From: Truepera sp.
GTDB taxonomy: Bacteria > Deinococcota > Deinococci > Deinococcales > Trueperaceae
Assembly: GCA_965218435.1 (NCBI GenBank)
Contig: CBDCKW010000009.1
Span: forward strand, 3,360,001-3,424,000
DNA length: 64,000 nucleotides
Direction: 5' to 3'
Part shown: piece by piece, positions 22,983-33,921 of the stretch
Position numbering within the stretch: the stretch's first letter is position 1
Layout of the letters: the number at the start of each line of letters is the position of its first letter
Made by a program: the position numbers and the translations under genes
The notes under the pieces: generated by a model
Seen by the model: the letters and a program-made list of their open reading frames with translations, nothing else
What the model was told of the DNA's origin: nothing
The model's database searches: none

Positions 22983-23160
22983 CGTGTCCTTTTCTTTACG
23001 CCTGCTTTTGGTACCCCGACTTGACCCACGGGCTTAGCGTGCGCCAGTCTAACAAATCTGCCACGGCCCCGTCAGGATTACCCGCTTGGCTAACGTTTTT
23101 GAGTAGGGGTCAGCTCGAGCTGACCTTGAAACCTCCTTTAGCCTTATAAGATAGAGGGTA

Positions 23161-25023
23161 ATGAACGCTTCTTTTGACGTTATCGTAATTGGCGGGGGGC
23201 ACGCCGGTACCGAAGCAGCGTGTGCTGCCGCGCGGTTGGGCGCGGCGGTCGCCCTCTGTCTGCCCAACCCCGATAAAATCGGTTTGATGCCCTGTAACCC
23301 GGCGATTGGCGGCCCCGGCAAGTCGCAGATGGTCTTTGAGATACATGCTCTTGGCGGCGTCATGGGCCGTCTGGCCGACGAAACGGCAATTCACGCCCGG
23401 ACGCTCAACGCCAGCAAAGGACCGGCAGTGCAGTCGCTCCGGGTTCAAAACGAACGAGACGGGTACGCAGCGGCGGCTCAGCGGCTGATCGCTGAAACAG
23501 CGGGCGTCACGCTGGTGTTAGGTGAGGTGGCTGCCCTTGATGAAGATGCAGGGGTGCTGCGCGGCGTAACTTTTGCCGACGGTCGCAGCTTGGGTGCGCC
23601 GAGCGTCGTCCTCTGTACCGGAACGTTTATGGCGGGCGTCGTCTGGTACGGCAAGCAGCAGCGTCCGGCCGGGCGGCAGGGCGAAGCCCCAGCGCGGCAC
23701 CTGTCGCGTAGCTTGCGGGCAACCGGCCATCTGTTACAACGCTTTAAGACGGGGACGCCCCCACGGATTCGCGCGGATTCAGTGGACTTTTTAGACCTCG
23801 AGACCGTCCCGGCTGACAACCCACCCGGTTCGTTTAGCGGCACGCCCGGTAAAGACGCGGCGAGTTCACCCACCTGGCTGACGCATACCACGCCCGCAAC
23901 CCACAGCTTGATTCAGGCAAACCTCGAGCACTCGGCGATGTACGGCGGCGTGATTCACGGCCAAGGTCCACGCTACTGCCCTTCGATTGAAGACAAGATC
24001 GTCCGTTTTTCGGACAAAGACCGGCACCTCTTATTTGTCGAACCCGACGGCAGCGGTACCAGCGAGGTGTACTTGCAGGGGTTCTCGAGTTCGATGCCGC
24101 CCACCTTACAAGATGAAATGATCCGTACGCTACCGGGGTTTACCCGCGCTCAAATTCAGCGGTACGCCTACGCGGTCGAATACGACGCCTTCGACGCCTC
24201 ACAACTCAGTGTGACACTGATGTCAAAAGTGTTGCCGGGGCTGTTTAGTGCCGGTCAGATCAACGGCACGAGCGGCTATGAGGAGGCGGCAGCTCAGGGC
24301 CTGGTGGCGGGCATCAACGCAGCGCGGTTTGCGGCGAATCAAGAGCTTGTTCAACTGCGGCGTGATCAAGGCTATATCGGGGTGATGCTCGACGACCTGG
24401 TACGCTGGAGCCTAAACGAACCGTACCGGATGCTCACCTCACGCAACGAATACCGGCTCTTGCACCGCCAAGACAACGCCGATGATCGTCTGTTGGAGGT
24501 TGGCCACGTCTGGGGTTTGCAGTCTGACGAAACGCTACAAAGGGCTAAAGAGAGTCAGGCTCGAGTCGAAGCCGAAGTTCTTCGTCTGGGCAAAACGCAG
24601 CTCGGCGGCGTAGCGGCGAGCAAAGTCCTCTGTCGTCCAGGGATAACCTACCGCGAGCTGGCAGCGCAGCTCGAGCCTCTCCCCTTTGAACTGTCAGTTG
24701 GAGAAGAGCAAAAAGTTGAAATCCAGATCAAATATGCGTCTTACATTGACCGTAGCCGCCGTGAGTTGGAAGCGCGTCAGGGGTATGAGCTGCTCAGCTT
24801 ATCGGGGTTATCGTTTGAGGGGATTCCCAGCTTGTCGCATGAAGGTAAACAAGCTCTGAAGCGGGCACAACCGCTGACCTTGGGCGCGGCTCAGCGCGTT
24901 CAGGGCGTAAGAGACAGTGATATAACTGCTCTACTTGTCTATTGTAAAAGCGGACAAAATAAAGGCCGACAAAATAAAAATGTTTCACGTGAAACATCGG
25001 TAGGAACGTTGATAGTTGGCTAA
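23161..25023 (+). CDS. mnmG: tRNA U34 modification enzyme MnmG (GidA)
   Basis: GGGHAGTEAA, CNPAIGG, GPRYCPSIEDK, AGQINGTSGYEEAAAQG. Confidence 0.98.
   Translation: MNASFDVIVIGGGHAGTEAACAAARLGAAVALCLPNPDKIGLMPCNPAIGGPGKSQMVFEIHALGGVMGRLADETAIHARTLNASKGPAVQSLRVQNERDGYAAAAQRLIAETAGVTLVLGEVAALDEDAGVLRGVTFADGRSLGAPSVVLCTGTFMAGVVWYGKQQRPAGRQGEAPARHLSRSLRATGHLLQRFKTGTPPRIRADSVDFLDLETVPADNPPGSFSGTPGKDAASSPTWLTHTTPATHSLIQANLEHSAMYGGVIHGQGPRYCPSIEDKIVRFSDKDRHLLFVEPDGSGTSEVYLQGFSSSMPPTLQDEMIRTLPGFTRAQIQRYAYAVEYDAFDASQLSVTLMSKVLPGLFSAGQINGTSGYEEAAAQGLVAGINAARFAANQELVQLRRDQGYIGVMLDDLVRWSLNEPYRMLTSRNEYRLLHRQDNADDRLLEVGHVWGLQSDETLQRAKESQARVEAEVLRLGKTQLGGVAASKVLCRPGITYRELAAQLEPLPFELSVGEEQKVEIQIKYASYIDRSRRELEARQGYELLSLSGLSFEGIPSLSHEGKQALKRAQPLTLGAAQRVQGVRDSDITALLVYCKSGQNKGRQNKNVSRETSVGTLIVG
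24981..24996. other. parS centromere site within the mnmG 3' end
   Basis: Perfect TGTTTCACGTGAAACA. Confidence 0.9.
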
Positions 25024-25612
25024 GCTCGAGGCATATGAAAAATACCGAGCTTTGCTCGTTCGTTATCAGAGTACACTCGACCTGATGTCGGCGCGGGCAG
25101 TTGCTGAGCTGGAGATCAAATGGCTCGAGGCACAAGCTTACGCTGACCTGCTCGAGCCTCGTCTCTCCCCTGCTGAGCGCATCTTAGATATTGGGTCAGG
25201 CGCGGGGTTGCCGGGTGTCCCGCTGGCGCTGGCTTTTCCAAACCATCAGGTGACGCTGGTTGAAAGGCGGAAAAAACGTGCCAGCTTTCTTAAATTGGTT
25301 GTCGGGCAGCTGAGATTGGAGAACGTTGCGGTCGTTTCAGATGATGTTCGGGCGTTTCAGAACGCACCGTACAACTGGATTTGTGCCCAAGCCGTTGGAC
25401 AATTCTCGCTACTTTACTGTTTGACGCGGCACCTTCACGCCGACACTGTGACGGTCGTCTCTCGACGTGGCGACCTCTCCTCTACTGAAATAAACGAGCT
25501 TACCAAGATCACCGGTCCTATTTTAGAGACGGTTCAGTCTCCCCTACCTACGCATGGTAAGCTCGTGGCACTAAAGCTTCAAGGAGGGCAGCGTTGCCCA
25601 TCGTCGGCGTAA
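25016..25612 (+). CDS. rsmG: 16S rRNA m7G527 methyltransferase RsmG (GidB)
   Basis: [23 protein letters not shown]; lies between mnmG and parA. Confidence 0.9.
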   Translation: MAKLEAYEKYRALLVRYQSTLDLMSARAVAELEIKWLEAQAYADLLEPRLSPAERILDIGSGAGLPGVPLALAFPNHQVTLVERRKKRASFLKLVVGQLRLENVAVVSDDVRAFQNAPYNWICAQAVGQFSLLYCLTRHLHADTVTVVSRRGDLSSTEINELTKITGPILETVQSPLPTHGKLVALKLQGGQRCPSSA

Positions 25613-26352
25613 TCAATCAAAAAGGTGGCGTCGGTAAGACGACGAGCGCGATTAACCTCGCCGCTGCGCTAGCCGAAACGCGGCGGGTACTCCTCGTTGA
25701 TATGGACCCACAAGCTAACGCGAGCAGCGGCGTCGGCGTCAGGGGCGCAGAAAATACCATTTATGACGTCTTGATCGGTGACCTTTCCGCGCGGCGCGCT
25801 ATCACTGACACCGATACCGAAAACCTAAAAGTTTTGCCCGCATCTATGGAGCTGTCCGGCGCGGCGGTAGAGCTTGACGCCAGCACCGACAACATGAAAC
25901 TGCTGACCAAAGCGTTGATCGGTGTCAGGCCGAACTTTGACTTTATCGTCGTTGACGCGCCGCCCTCACTAGGCGCTTTGACCCTTAATGCACTTGTCGC
26001 TGCTGATCACCTTGTAATTCCCTTACAGACTGAGTATTACGCACTCGAGGGCATCGCCAGCATGATGGATACAGTCGAGCGGCTCCGCAGTTCACTCAAC
26101 CCTAACTTGAATATTTTAGGTATCTTACTAACGATGTTTGACAGTCGTACCCGTTTGTCGCAAGAGGTCGAAGAAAACGTTCGCAAGCACTTCGCCGAGC
26201 TTGTCTTTTCAGCAGTTATCCCCCGCAATGTACGTTTGGCTGAGGCTCCATCTTATGGTCAACCGATCTATGCTTACGCGCCTACCTCGTCCGGGGCACA
26301 GGCTTATCGTCAGCTTTCAGAAGAGGTGATTTCACGTGTCAGCGAAGCGTAG
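25594..26352 (+). CDS. parA: Chromosome partition ATPase ParA/Soj
   Basis: [33 protein letters not shown]. Confidence 0.97.
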   Translation: MPIVGVINQKGGVGKTTSAINLAAALAETRRVLLVDMDPQANASSGVGVRGAENTIYDVLIGDLSARRAITDTDTENLKVLPASMELSGAAVELDASTDNMKLLTKALIGVRPNFDFIVVDAPPSLGALTLNALVAADHLVIPLQTEYYALEGIASMMDTVERLRSSLNPNLNILGILLTMFDSRTRLSQEVEENVRKHFAELVFSAVIPRNVRLAEAPSYGQPIYAYAPTSSGAQAYRQLSEEVISRVSEA

Positions 26353-27181
26353 TTTAGGACGGGGTCTCGACGCACTTTTACCTAAAGTCGAAAAAGAACG
26401 CGGGGTCGAACAACTTGCGCTCGATAAGCTTTCGGTCTCAGTCTATCAACCACGCAAACATTTAGACCCGGAAGGCATTGCCGAACTCGCCCGGTCGGTC
26501 GCGCAAAAAGGCGTGCTGCAACCACTGCTGGTACGCCCGAGCGGTGAAGGCTATGAGATTGTCGCGGGGGAGAGGCGCTTTCGGGCAGCGCAACAGGTAG
26601 GGCTCACGACGGTTCCGGTTGTTGTCAAGACCCTTAGTGACCGGGAAACCCTCGAGATTGCCCTGATTGAAAACGTTCAACGTGAGGATTTGAGCGCCGT
26701 TGAAGAAGCGCGGGCCTTTGCGCAGTTGCTCGAGTTCGGTTTGTCGCAAGAAGAAGTCGCCGACGCGGTAGGGAAGAGCCGGAGCGCGGTAGCCAACACT
26801 TTACGCTTGCTCCGACTTGATGAGGCCGCCCTGACTGCGCTCGATCAAGGCCAAATCAGTGCAGGTCACGCACGTGCGATATTGGCGCAGCCCCCAGAAG
26901 ACCAAGCGTGGGCACTTGCAATGGTCTTGGAAAACCAATTTTCGGTACGGCAAGCCGAAGGGCTCAAACGTCCGTCTCAGGGCGCTCAACTTAACCGAGC
27001 CGAGTCAAATAAGCTAAACGGTGAGGTCAAACGTGAGTATGGCGACCTCGAGCTCAACCTCTCACGTACCGTTGGGACGAAAGTCAAGGTGTCGGGGGGT
27101 AAACGGGGGAAAATCGAGCTTCACTTTGCGTCTCGAGACGAACTAGAACGGTTGCTCGAGCTGCTCAACTATCAAGCCTAA
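26336..27181 (+). CDS. parB: Chromosome partition protein ParB/Spo0J
   Basis: [36 protein letters not shown]. Confidence 0.97.
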   Translation: MSAKRSLGRGLDALLPKVEKERGVEQLALDKLSVSVYQPRKHLDPEGIAELARSVAQKGVLQPLLVRPSGEGYEIVAGERRFRAAQQVGLTTVPVVVKTLSDRETLEIALIENVQREDLSAVEEARAFAQLLEFGLSQEEVADAVGKSRSAVANTLRLLRLDEAALTALDQGQISAGHARAILAQPPEDQAWALAMVLENQFSVRQAEGLKRPSQGAQLNRAESNKLNGEVKREYGDLELNLSRTVGTKVKVSGGKRGKIELHFASRDELERLLELLNYQA

Positions 27182-27196
27182 ACCATCCAACCACAA

Positions 27197-27212
27197 TGTT
27201 TCACGTGAAACA
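27197..27212. other. parS centromere site downstream of parB
   Basis: Perfect TGTTTCACGTGAAACA inside a 24-bp palindrome (27193-27216). Confidence 0.92.
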
Positions 27213-27234
27213 TTGTCAAATACTGTCGCAAAAA

Positions 27235-27264
27235 TTGTTGTTGGAAAGATTTGTTGTTGGAAAG
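27235..27264 (+). repeat. 16-bp tandem repeat TTGTTGTTGGAAAGAT; second copy interrupted by the IS4 element
   Basis: Copy 1 at 27235-27250; copy 2 at 27251-27264, resuming (AT) after the IS target duplication. Confidence 0.7.
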
Positions 27265-28341
27265 CTAAGTACGGGACAAAAAGTGAATACAGAGAAGCAG
27301 GTCGTCATGCTTGAGGTGTAGATTCTTAAGCAGATGCCTGAGATAGTCAAGACTGTGACGGAAGAAAGACTTTTCTCTGCGTAGGTGAGACTTGATACGC
27401 AGAAGCTTTCGTTTGCTGTCGTGGAGCCATTCACCTACATGATGCGCCCAGGTAAAAGCCAGAGCCAAGAGGGTAAAAAGGGTATCGAGTTTATAAAGCC
27501 GAGTAAGGTGGCTAGCTTCAAGCTCAAAGCCGGTTGTTTTCAAGGCGGAAAAAAGCATTTCGATCTCCCACCTACGCTTGTAAACCACAAAGGCTTGAGC
27601 AGGCGCACGGTTGGTGACAACTATGAGGTAATCGCTACCAGAGAGCTTCATACCAGCGGCACGCAAGTTACAGCCGTAAAAGCCATAGCTATTGTTTAGA
27701 ACCTTGAGTTCGCCTATAGCTAAGTGGGCGAAAAGCGCACGAACGGGACACCAGTTGTCACATAGGCTGTCTTTACGGATACGAATGGCAAAAGGAACCT
27801 GGCGTTTATCCAGATAGTTAATCCAGGTTACTCCGATAAACTCCCTATCAGCCAAGAAAAACGCTACGTCTTTGGAGGCTATAAGCTCGAAAAAACATTG
27901 GAGCAGGCTGATACGTTCTTCACTAGATGAATTTCCACCTTTATTCAGAAACGACCATACGATAGGAAAAGCAACACCTCTATGGGCTATGGCAATCACT
28001 AGAATGTTGATGTCGAGGCTGCCAAACTGCCAGTTCGTGCGGTCAACGCAGACGGTGTAAGGCGGTGGTGGTAGCAAGTTGAGGATAAACTGAGCAACTT
28101 TCACCTTGTCTAAGCGTACTTCTGTAAAAAATCGCTTGATGCGACGGTACGCTGATTCTGGCTCCGCTCTACCCTGAAATGCTAAGCTCAGACTTACTAG
28201 GTTGACCGTCTTCTCTTGAATCAGTACGAGTAGCAACGTGCTCAGGCATGTCAGCCTTGCTCCATTCATAGGCAACTTTGCCGCTAGTATTTGTTTCAGG
28301 CTTGTCTTATGCTGATAATGGCTTCCACGAGATTCTTTCAC
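27265..28341 (-). CDS. IS4-family DDE transposase
   Basis: VDRTNW, LADREF, YKRRWEIEMLFSALK (YREK motif); stop codon lies inside the IR. Confidence 0.93.
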   Translation of the reverse strand: MKESRGSHYQHKTSLKQILAAKLPMNGARLTCLSTLLLVLIQEKTVNLVSLSLAFQGRAEPESAYRRIKRFFTEVRLDKVKVAQFILNLLPPPPYTVCVDRTNWQFGSLDINILVIAIAHRGVAFPIVWSFLNKGGNSSSEERISLLQCFFELIASKDVAFFLADREFIGVTWINYLDKRQVPFAIRIRKDSLCDNWCPVRALFAHLAIGELKVLNNSYGFYGCNLRAAGMKLSGSDYLIVVTNRAPAQAFVVYKRRWEIEMLFSALKTTGFELEASHLTRLYKLDTLFTLLALAFTWAHHVGEWLHDSKRKLLRIKSHLRREKSFFRHSLDYLRHLLKNLHLKHDDLLLCIHFLSRT

Positions 28342-28393
28342 ACAGCTATTCTCGCTCAGGAAGCCTTTTTCCTTTGATTTGTCCCGTACTTAG
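27265..28393 (-). mobile_element. IS4-family insertion sequence (IS10-like), 1129 bp
   Basis: Perfect 16-bp terminal IRs CTAAGTACGGGACAAA (27265-27280 / 28378-28393); 9-bp target duplication GTTGGAAAG (27256-27264 / 28394-28402); lower GC than host. Confidence 0.95.
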
Positions 28394-28479
28394 GTTGGAA
28401 AGATATAGTCAAACGCTGAGAATCGTCGGTGCTAGGCGGCGTTAAGGTGCTACAGTGCCGTTACTGAAAGGATAACTAC

Positions 28480-29466
28480 ATGGACAAACCTGTAAAAGTA
28501 GCTGTAACCGGAGCTGCAGGGCAAATTGGGTATTCGCTGCTGTTTCGTATCGCTTCGGGCGAGATGTTGGGCAAAGATCAGCCCATAATTTTGCAGCTGC
28601 TGGAGATCACTCCTGCACTCGGAACCCTTAACGGGGTAGTGATGGAACTCAACGACTGTGCGTTTCCACTTCTACATAGCGTAATAACCTCAGACGAGGC
28701 TACGGTTGCTTTTAAGGATGCTGACTACGCGCTGCTAGTGGGCTCGAGACCCCGTGGACCCGGGATGGAGCGAGCTGATTTGCTCACTGCCAACGGTGCT
28801 ATCTTTACTAAGCAGGGGAAAGCCTTAAACGACGTGGCCAGCCGTGACGTCAAAGTGCTCGTGGTCGGCAACCCTGCTAATACAAATGCGCTGATTGCCA
28901 TGCACAACGCACCCGACCTTAAACCCGGGCAGTTCAGCGCGATGACCCGTTTGGACCACAACCGCGCCGTCGCGCAGCTGGCTCAAAAAACAGAAAACGC
29001 CGTTAAAGACGTTGAAAAAGTCATTATTTGGGGCAACCACTCGTCAACTCAGGTACCCGATATCGCTCACGCCACCGTTGCCGGGAAACCTGCCCCTGAC
29101 CTGGTAGACGAAACTTGGGTTCAAAACGACTTTATGCCGACCGTGCAAAAACGAGGTGCGGCGATTATCGAAGCGCGGGGGTCCTCGAGCGCAGCTTCAG
29201 CCGCGTCAGCGGCGATTGACCACATGCGCAGCTGGGTTGAGGGGACACCGGAAGGCGCGTGGACGAGTATGGCGATTCCCAGTACGGGTACTTACGGTAT
29301 TTCTAAAGACGTGATCTACTCGTTTCCGGTTGAGATTCAAGCAGGCAGCGTGACGGTTGTCGAGGGGCTGGAAAACTCGTCTTTTATCCAGGAAAAAATG
29401 AAAGCGAGCGAGAAAGAGTTGCTCGAGGAACGCAGCGCAGTCGAGCATTTGCTGACCCCTTCATAA
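28480..29466 (+). CDS. mdh: Malate dehydrogenase
   Basis: [37 protein letters not shown]. Confidence 0.97.
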   Translation: MDKPVKVAVTGAAGQIGYSLLFRIASGEMLGKDQPIILQLLEITPALGTLNGVVMELNDCAFPLLHSVITSDEATVAFKDADYALLVGSRPRGPGMERADLLTANGAIFTKQGKALNDVASRDVKVLVVGNPANTNALIAMHNAPDLKPGQFSAMTRLDHNRAVAQLAQKTENAVKDVEKVIIWGNHSSTQVPDIAHATVAGKPAPDLVDETWVQNDFMPTVQKRGAAIIEARGSSSAASAASAAIDHMRSWVEGTPEGAWTSMAIPSTGTYGISKDVIYSFPVEIQAGSVTVVEGLENSSFIQEKMKASEKELLEERSAVEHLLTPS

Positions 29467-29583
29467 ACTCCTCGCTCATAAGCTCTTGTTGTAACCGCTG
29501 TCAGACAAGTTGTGTAGCTTTTTGAGCACTTGTGCTAAGCTTTTAGGTAGCTGAGATGATGTCTGCGGGTATGAGGTGAGCGT

Positions 29584-30039
29584 GTGATCAAGAAAGGCGG
29601 AAAACTGAGGGAGACGCTGCAAACGCACGGGTTGCGTTACAGCCGACCGCGTGAGGTCATCTTGCGCTATTTTAGCGAGCGTGACGTTCACGTCAGTGCC
29701 GAAGAAGTTCATCATGCGCTTAAAGACCGTGGCGAGAACCTCAGTTTGTCAACGGTCTACCTCAACTTAGGTGTCCTAAAAAATGCCGGACTCGTCCGCG
29801 AATTCGGCGGCGTCGGGGGTGAGGCGCTTTACGACTCAAACGTCGGGCCACATCATCACCTGATTTGCACTTGCTGCAACCGCGTGCTCGACCTGCCGGA
29901 TGTTGCGGTCGCCGGAACCACCCTTTCGGCGCTCCTTAAAGCTCAGGCAACCTCGGTCTCGGACTGGCAAGTAGAGGAACCAAGTATCGGCTTGCAGGGC
30001 GTTTGTCCCGAGTGTCAAGCTGAGCAAATAAAAATCTGA
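29584..30039 (+). CDS. Fur family transcriptional regulator (PerR-like)
   Basis: HVSAEEV, LSTVY, YDSNVGPHHHLICTCC, GVCPEC. Confidence 0.88.
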   Translation: MIKKGGKLRETLQTHGLRYSRPREVILRYFSERDVHVSAEEVHHALKDRGENLSLSTVYLNLGVLKNAGLVREFGGVGGEALYDSNVGPHHHLICTCCNRVLDLPDVAVAGTTLSALLKAQATSVSDWQVEEPSIGLQGVCPECQAEQIKI

Positions 30040-30274
30040 GCGAAGTTCTGTAATTAAGCTGTTCTCAGCGGCCTTTATCCGGGCCGTTTTTTAATTTTTA
30101 CCGTTAGCGACGCCTACTGCCAGATACGGGTTTAGAGGTGCAAAGCCAACTCCGTTTAATGGAGAGATGTACCCTTGTACCCATGTAGTCGAGATGCTAA
30201 AATTACAACGGGTTGTGAAATGCCGCACGAGAAGTTCTAGGCCGAATGTTCTGGTGTGAAAGGGGCCGAATACC

Positions 30275-30622
30275 TTGTACTTAAATCTACTGATCATGTT
30301 TCTCGCCGCCGGTTTAATCGGCGCTTTGGCACTTTTGGTCGGCGGTGTCCTCGGACCGAAAAAAGGTTCAGAGACGAAGTTGGCCGCTTACGAATCGGGG
30401 ATCGCCGCGTCAGGTAGTGCCCGTGAACGTTTCCCGGTTCATTTTTACCTAGTAGCGATGCTCTTTATCATCTTCGACATTGAGACGGCATTTTTTTACC
30501 CGCTCGCTGTTCATTTCAAAGCGCAGCCCCAGTTTCTCTTTGTTCAAGCGATTATTTTCGTCGTCGTGCTCGCTGTCGGCTATCTCTATGTTTTGCGTAA
30601 AGGCGTACTCAACTGGCGTTAG
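30275..30622 (+). CDS. nuoA: NADH-quinone oxidoreductase subunit A
   Basis: YESG, FYLVAMLFIIFDIE. Confidence 0.95.
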   Translation: MYLNLLIMFLAAGLIGALALLVGGVLGPKKGSETKLAAYESGIAASGSARERFPVHFYLVAMLFIIFDIETAFFYPLAVHFKAQPQFLFVQAIIFVVVLAVGYLYVLRKGVLNWR

Positions 30623-30644
30623 GCGCTAGAAAGCAGGTTAAAGC

Positions 30645-31181
30645 GTGGCCCTTCAAGACCTATTTACTCATGATGTACAAGAGCTCGAGAACGAAGGCAT
30701 CTTATTTACCACCTTGGAAAAACTCGTCGCCTGGGGGAGAAGCAACAGCCTCTGGCCGGTCACCTTCGGGTTGGCATGTTGCGCCATCGAAATGATGCAG
30801 TCCACCAACGCCCGTAACGATATGGCCCGTTTCGGTTCCGAAGTCTTTCGCGCGTCACCGCGCCAAGCTGACGTGATGATCGTCGCCGGTCGGCTATCTA
30901 AAAAGATGGCTCCGGTGCTGCGGCGCGTTTACGACCAGATGCCCGACCCCAAATGGGTGATCTCGATGGGCGCGTGCGCGTCGTCGGGCGGGATGTTTAA
31001 CAACTACGCGATCGTGCAAAATGTGGATACGGTCGTCCCGGTAGACATCTTTGTCCCAGGGTGCCCGCCGCGCCCTGAAGCGTTGATCTTTGGCGTCATG
31101 CAGCTGCAGAAAAAAGTCCGGGGTGAGGCGTTTGACAGCGGCGGTAACGAGCTGCCGATGGTGCAAGGGTGGCGTCCCTGA
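30645..31181 (+). CDS. nuoB: NADH-quinone oxidoreductase subunit B
   Basis: [28 protein letters not shown]. Confidence 0.98.
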   Translation: MALQDLFTHDVQELENEGILFTTLEKLVAWGRSNSLWPVTFGLACCAIEMMQSTNARNDMARFGSEVFRASPRQADVMIVAGRLSKKMAPVLRRVYDQMPDPKWVISMGACASSGGMFNNYAIVQNVDTVVPVDIFVPGCPPRPEALIFGVMQLQKKVRGEAFDSGGNELPMVQGWRP

Positions 31182-31810
31182 TGGCTCTGGAGCAGATGGT
31201 TGAAAAACTCAAGGCGATGGGCGGTAAACCCGCGCAGTTTAAGGATATGGTCAGCGTCACAGTATCTAAAGGTAATCTCGTGGACGCAGTTGCCGAGGCA
31301 AAAAAGCAAGGGTTTGAGATGATCTCCGATGTGTTCGGGACCGACTACTTGAGCTATCCGGGGCACCAGGGGAAACGTTTTACAGTGTCGTATAACCTTT
31401 ACAGCATCGCGCAAAACGAGCGGCTCTTTATCCGGGTCAATATAGACGACGGGGAGACGCTTCCGACGATTACCGGCCTTTGGCGGGGCTCGAGCTTTAT
31501 GGAACGTGAAGTCTTCGATATGTTTGGCGTTGAGTTTGAAGGTCACCCCGACCTGCGTAAGCTCATCACGCCCGAAGACCTCGACGGCCACCCCCACCGC
31601 AAAGACTTTCCGCTCGGCGAGACCCCCACGCTCTTTAACGACGGGCGCTTTATTGACCCGGCTGCGTTTCGGGCAGGGATGAGCGGTGAGGACTCGGGGT
31701 TGTCAGGGTGGCGCGGCGGCGCACGTAAAGGGGCAGGCAGTCAGACGACTGGCCGGGATCAACAGACCGATCCCCAACTCCACAACACGTCAGGAGAGAG
31801 TGGACAATGA
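31181..31810 (+). CDS. nuoC: NADH-quinone oxidoreductase subunit C
   Basis: [31 protein letters not shown] 31181 overlaps the nuoB stop. Confidence 0.95.
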   Translation: MALEQMVEKLKAMGGKPAQFKDMVSVTVSKGNLVDAVAEAKKQGFEMISDVFGTDYLSYPGHQGKRFTVSYNLYSIAQNERLFIRVNIDDGETLPTITGLWRGSSFMEREVFDMFGVEFEGHPDLRKLITPEDLDGHPHRKDFPLGETPTLFNDGRFIDPAAFRAGMSGEDSGLSGWRGGARKGAGSQTTGRDQQTDPQLHNTSGESGQ

Positions 31811-33048
31811 CGATCGGACAAGCGGGTGCCGCTCCGGGTGCGACCGAACAAGACACACCTGAAACCGGTGGTCAAGACTTTCAGACCAAATATATGCGGA
31901 TCAATGTCGGGCCGCAGCACCCGTCCACGCACGGCGTGTTGCGCCTCGTGGTTGATTTAGACGGTGAGCGCGTCGCCAAAATTGTGCCGCAAATCGGCTA
32001 CCTGCACAGCGGTTTTGAAAAGACGATGGAAAACCGCACTTATCAGCAGGGCGTAACCTACTCGAACCGGATGGATTACCTGCACGGGTTCGCGCACGAC
32101 CTCGCGTATGTACTCTCAGCCGAAAAACTGATCGGCGCACAGTTGCCGATTCGGGCACAGCGGATTCGGGTCATCTTAAACGAACTCAACCGTATCGCCA
32201 GCCACCTGGTTTTTTTCGGGACCGGTATCCTAGATATGGGCGCACTGACACTGTTTTTTTACACCATGCGTGAACGCGAAAAGATTTCGGACCTCTTTGA
32301 GATGGTCTGCGGCGTACGGATGAACTACGGCTATTTCCGCGTCGGTGGCCTCTCGCGCGACCTGCCTGAAGGGTTTGAAGACGCTACTAGAGACTTCATC
32401 AAAATGTTTCCGGCAATGCTTAAGCAGTACAGTACGATGTTCCAAAAAAATGACATTTTCGTCAACCGTACCAAAGGTGTCGGACATATTTCTAAAGAAA
32501 CCGCGCTCGAGCATGGCCTGACCGGGCCGGGCCTGCGCGCGTCGGGGGTGCCGCTCGACTTTCGCAAAGCGCAACCCTACAGCTCATATGACGACTACGA
32601 CTTCGACGTACCGACGAGTGATGTGGGCGACGCTTATACGCGCTTTATGATGCGCTTTTACGAGATGGAACAGAGCTTAAGAATTATCGAACAGGCGTTA
32701 GATAAGCTCGAGCCCGGTCCTATCCGTGACCCTGACCGCCGGATTTCACTGCCGCCGAGAAGCGAATTAGAGACTTCGATGGAAGCGGTGATCTTTCACT
32801 TCAAGCTGGTTACTGAAGGCTTTCACCCACCGCGCGGCGAGGTTTATGTCCCCACCGAAAGTGCCAGGGGCGAGCTGGGCTACTACCTCATTTCAGACGG
32901 CGGTTCGATGCCTTACCGCGTCAAGGTGCGGGTACCGAGTTTGATCAATCTGCAGAGCCTCGAGCCCGCCTGCCTGGGTGGCCTGTTCGCTGATATGGTC
33001 ATCAACATCGCCACGCTCGACCCGGTTTTGGGAGACGTAGACAAGTGA
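31807..33048 (+). CDS. nuoD: NADH-quinone oxidoreductase subunit D
   Basis: [14 protein letters not shown]-terminal DPVLGDVDK. Confidence 0.98.
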   Translation: MTIGQAGAAPGATEQDTPETGGQDFQTKYMRINVGPQHPSTHGVLRLVVDLDGERVAKIVPQIGYLHSGFEKTMENRTYQQGVTYSNRMDYLHGFAHDLAYVLSAEKLIGAQLPIRAQRIRVILNELNRIASHLVFFGTGILDMGALTLFFYTMREREKISDLFEMVCGVRMNYGYFRVGGLSRDLPEGFEDATRDFIKMFPAMLKQYSTMFQKNDIFVNRTKGVGHISKETALEHGLTGPGLRASGVPLDFRKAQPYSSYDDYDFDVPTSDVGDAYTRFMMRFYEMEQSLRIIEQALDKLEPGPIRDPDRRISLPPRSELETSMEAVIFHFKLVTEGFHPPRGEVYVPTESARGELGYYLISDGGSMPYRVKVRVPSLINLQSLEPACLGGLFADMVINIATLDPVLGDVDK

Positions 33049-33055
33049 GACACAA

Positions 33056-33301
33056 ATGAATTACGAACACCCGGAGAGGGAAAAGGCGCGGCAGCAGCAG
33101 AAGCGCAAGAATCAGCTGACGGCGCTCTTCGCTGGTCTCGGTGTAGGAGTAGCGTTTGCGCTGCTGTTCGGTCTCTTTTTAGGTAATTGGGGCTTTGCCA
33201 TAGGCGTCGGCGTTGTGATTGCAGTTGCCGTCGCCTTCGGTCTTAACGTCGTGCGCAGAGACAGCCGCAAAATTGCTGACGATGTACCGGAGTCTAGATG
33301 A
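33056..33301 (+). CDS. Small two-TM hypothetical protein inside the nuo operon
   Basis: 81 aa with two hydrophobic Gly-rich helices; starts 7 nt after the nuoD stop and overlaps the nuoE start. Confidence 0.7.
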   Translation: MNYEHPEREKARQQQKRKNQLTALFAGLGVGVAFALLFGLFLGNWGFAIGVGVVIAVAVAFGLNVVRRDSRKIADDVPESR

Positions 33302-33891
33302 TTGAATTAGAAACCGTTCAGGGATTTTTCTCCGACAAACAAGACTTGCTGAACGAGATTTTAGGCCGTTACCCCGACTATGGGCGGCGAAGCGCCATCA
33401 TGCCGCTGTTGTGGGAAGTGCAAAACGCCGAAAAGCATGTGAGCGAAGTGCGGATCGAAGAGATCGCGCAGATTCTAGAGATGCACGCGACTGAGGTCAA
33501 AGGTGTGATGACCTTTTACTCAACCTACCACGAGCAGCCGGTAGGCCAGTTTCACCTGCAAATCTGCTCAACGCTTCCTTGTGCGCTCGCCGGTTCGGAC
33601 GAGATGTACGACTTTATCTCTGAAGAGACAGGGCTCGTCAACGGTGAAACCGACAGTTCGGGCCTCTTCAGCATCCAAAAGGTCGAATGTCTGGGTTCAT
33701 GCGGCACTGCGCCCGTGTTGCAGGTCAACGATACCTATTACGAACGGGTCACCAAGTCGCGTTGCAAGGTGCTGCTTACGGCGCTGCGCTCCGGTGAGAT
33801 GCCCGAAGTAGAGCGTGAACGCGGCGGCGATAACGAAGGAGCAGAAAAGCCGAATATCAGCAGTGAGCAGAAAGCAGTGAGCCATGACTAA
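33298..33891 (+). CDS. nuoE: NADH-quinone oxidoreductase subunit E
   Basis: ICSTLPC ... ECLGSCGTAP (cluster N1a). Confidence 0.95.
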   Translation: MIELETVQGFFSDKQDLLNEILGRYPDYGRRSAIMPLLWEVQNAEKHVSEVRIEEIAQILEMHATEVKGVMTFYSTYHEQPVGQFHLQICSTLPCALAGSDEMYDFISEETGLVNGETDSSGLFSIQKVECLGSCGTAPVLQVNDTYYERVTKSRCKVLLTALRSGEMPEVERERGGDNEGAEKPNISSEQKAVSHD

Positions 33892-33921
33892 GGTTTTGCG
33901 CGTTGCTTCTAGGAGTTTCTT

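Noticed and set aside
26328..26343. Third parS at the parA/parB junction (GATTTCACGTGTCAGC)
   Set aside because: Only the TTTCACGTG core matches; too degenerate to call.
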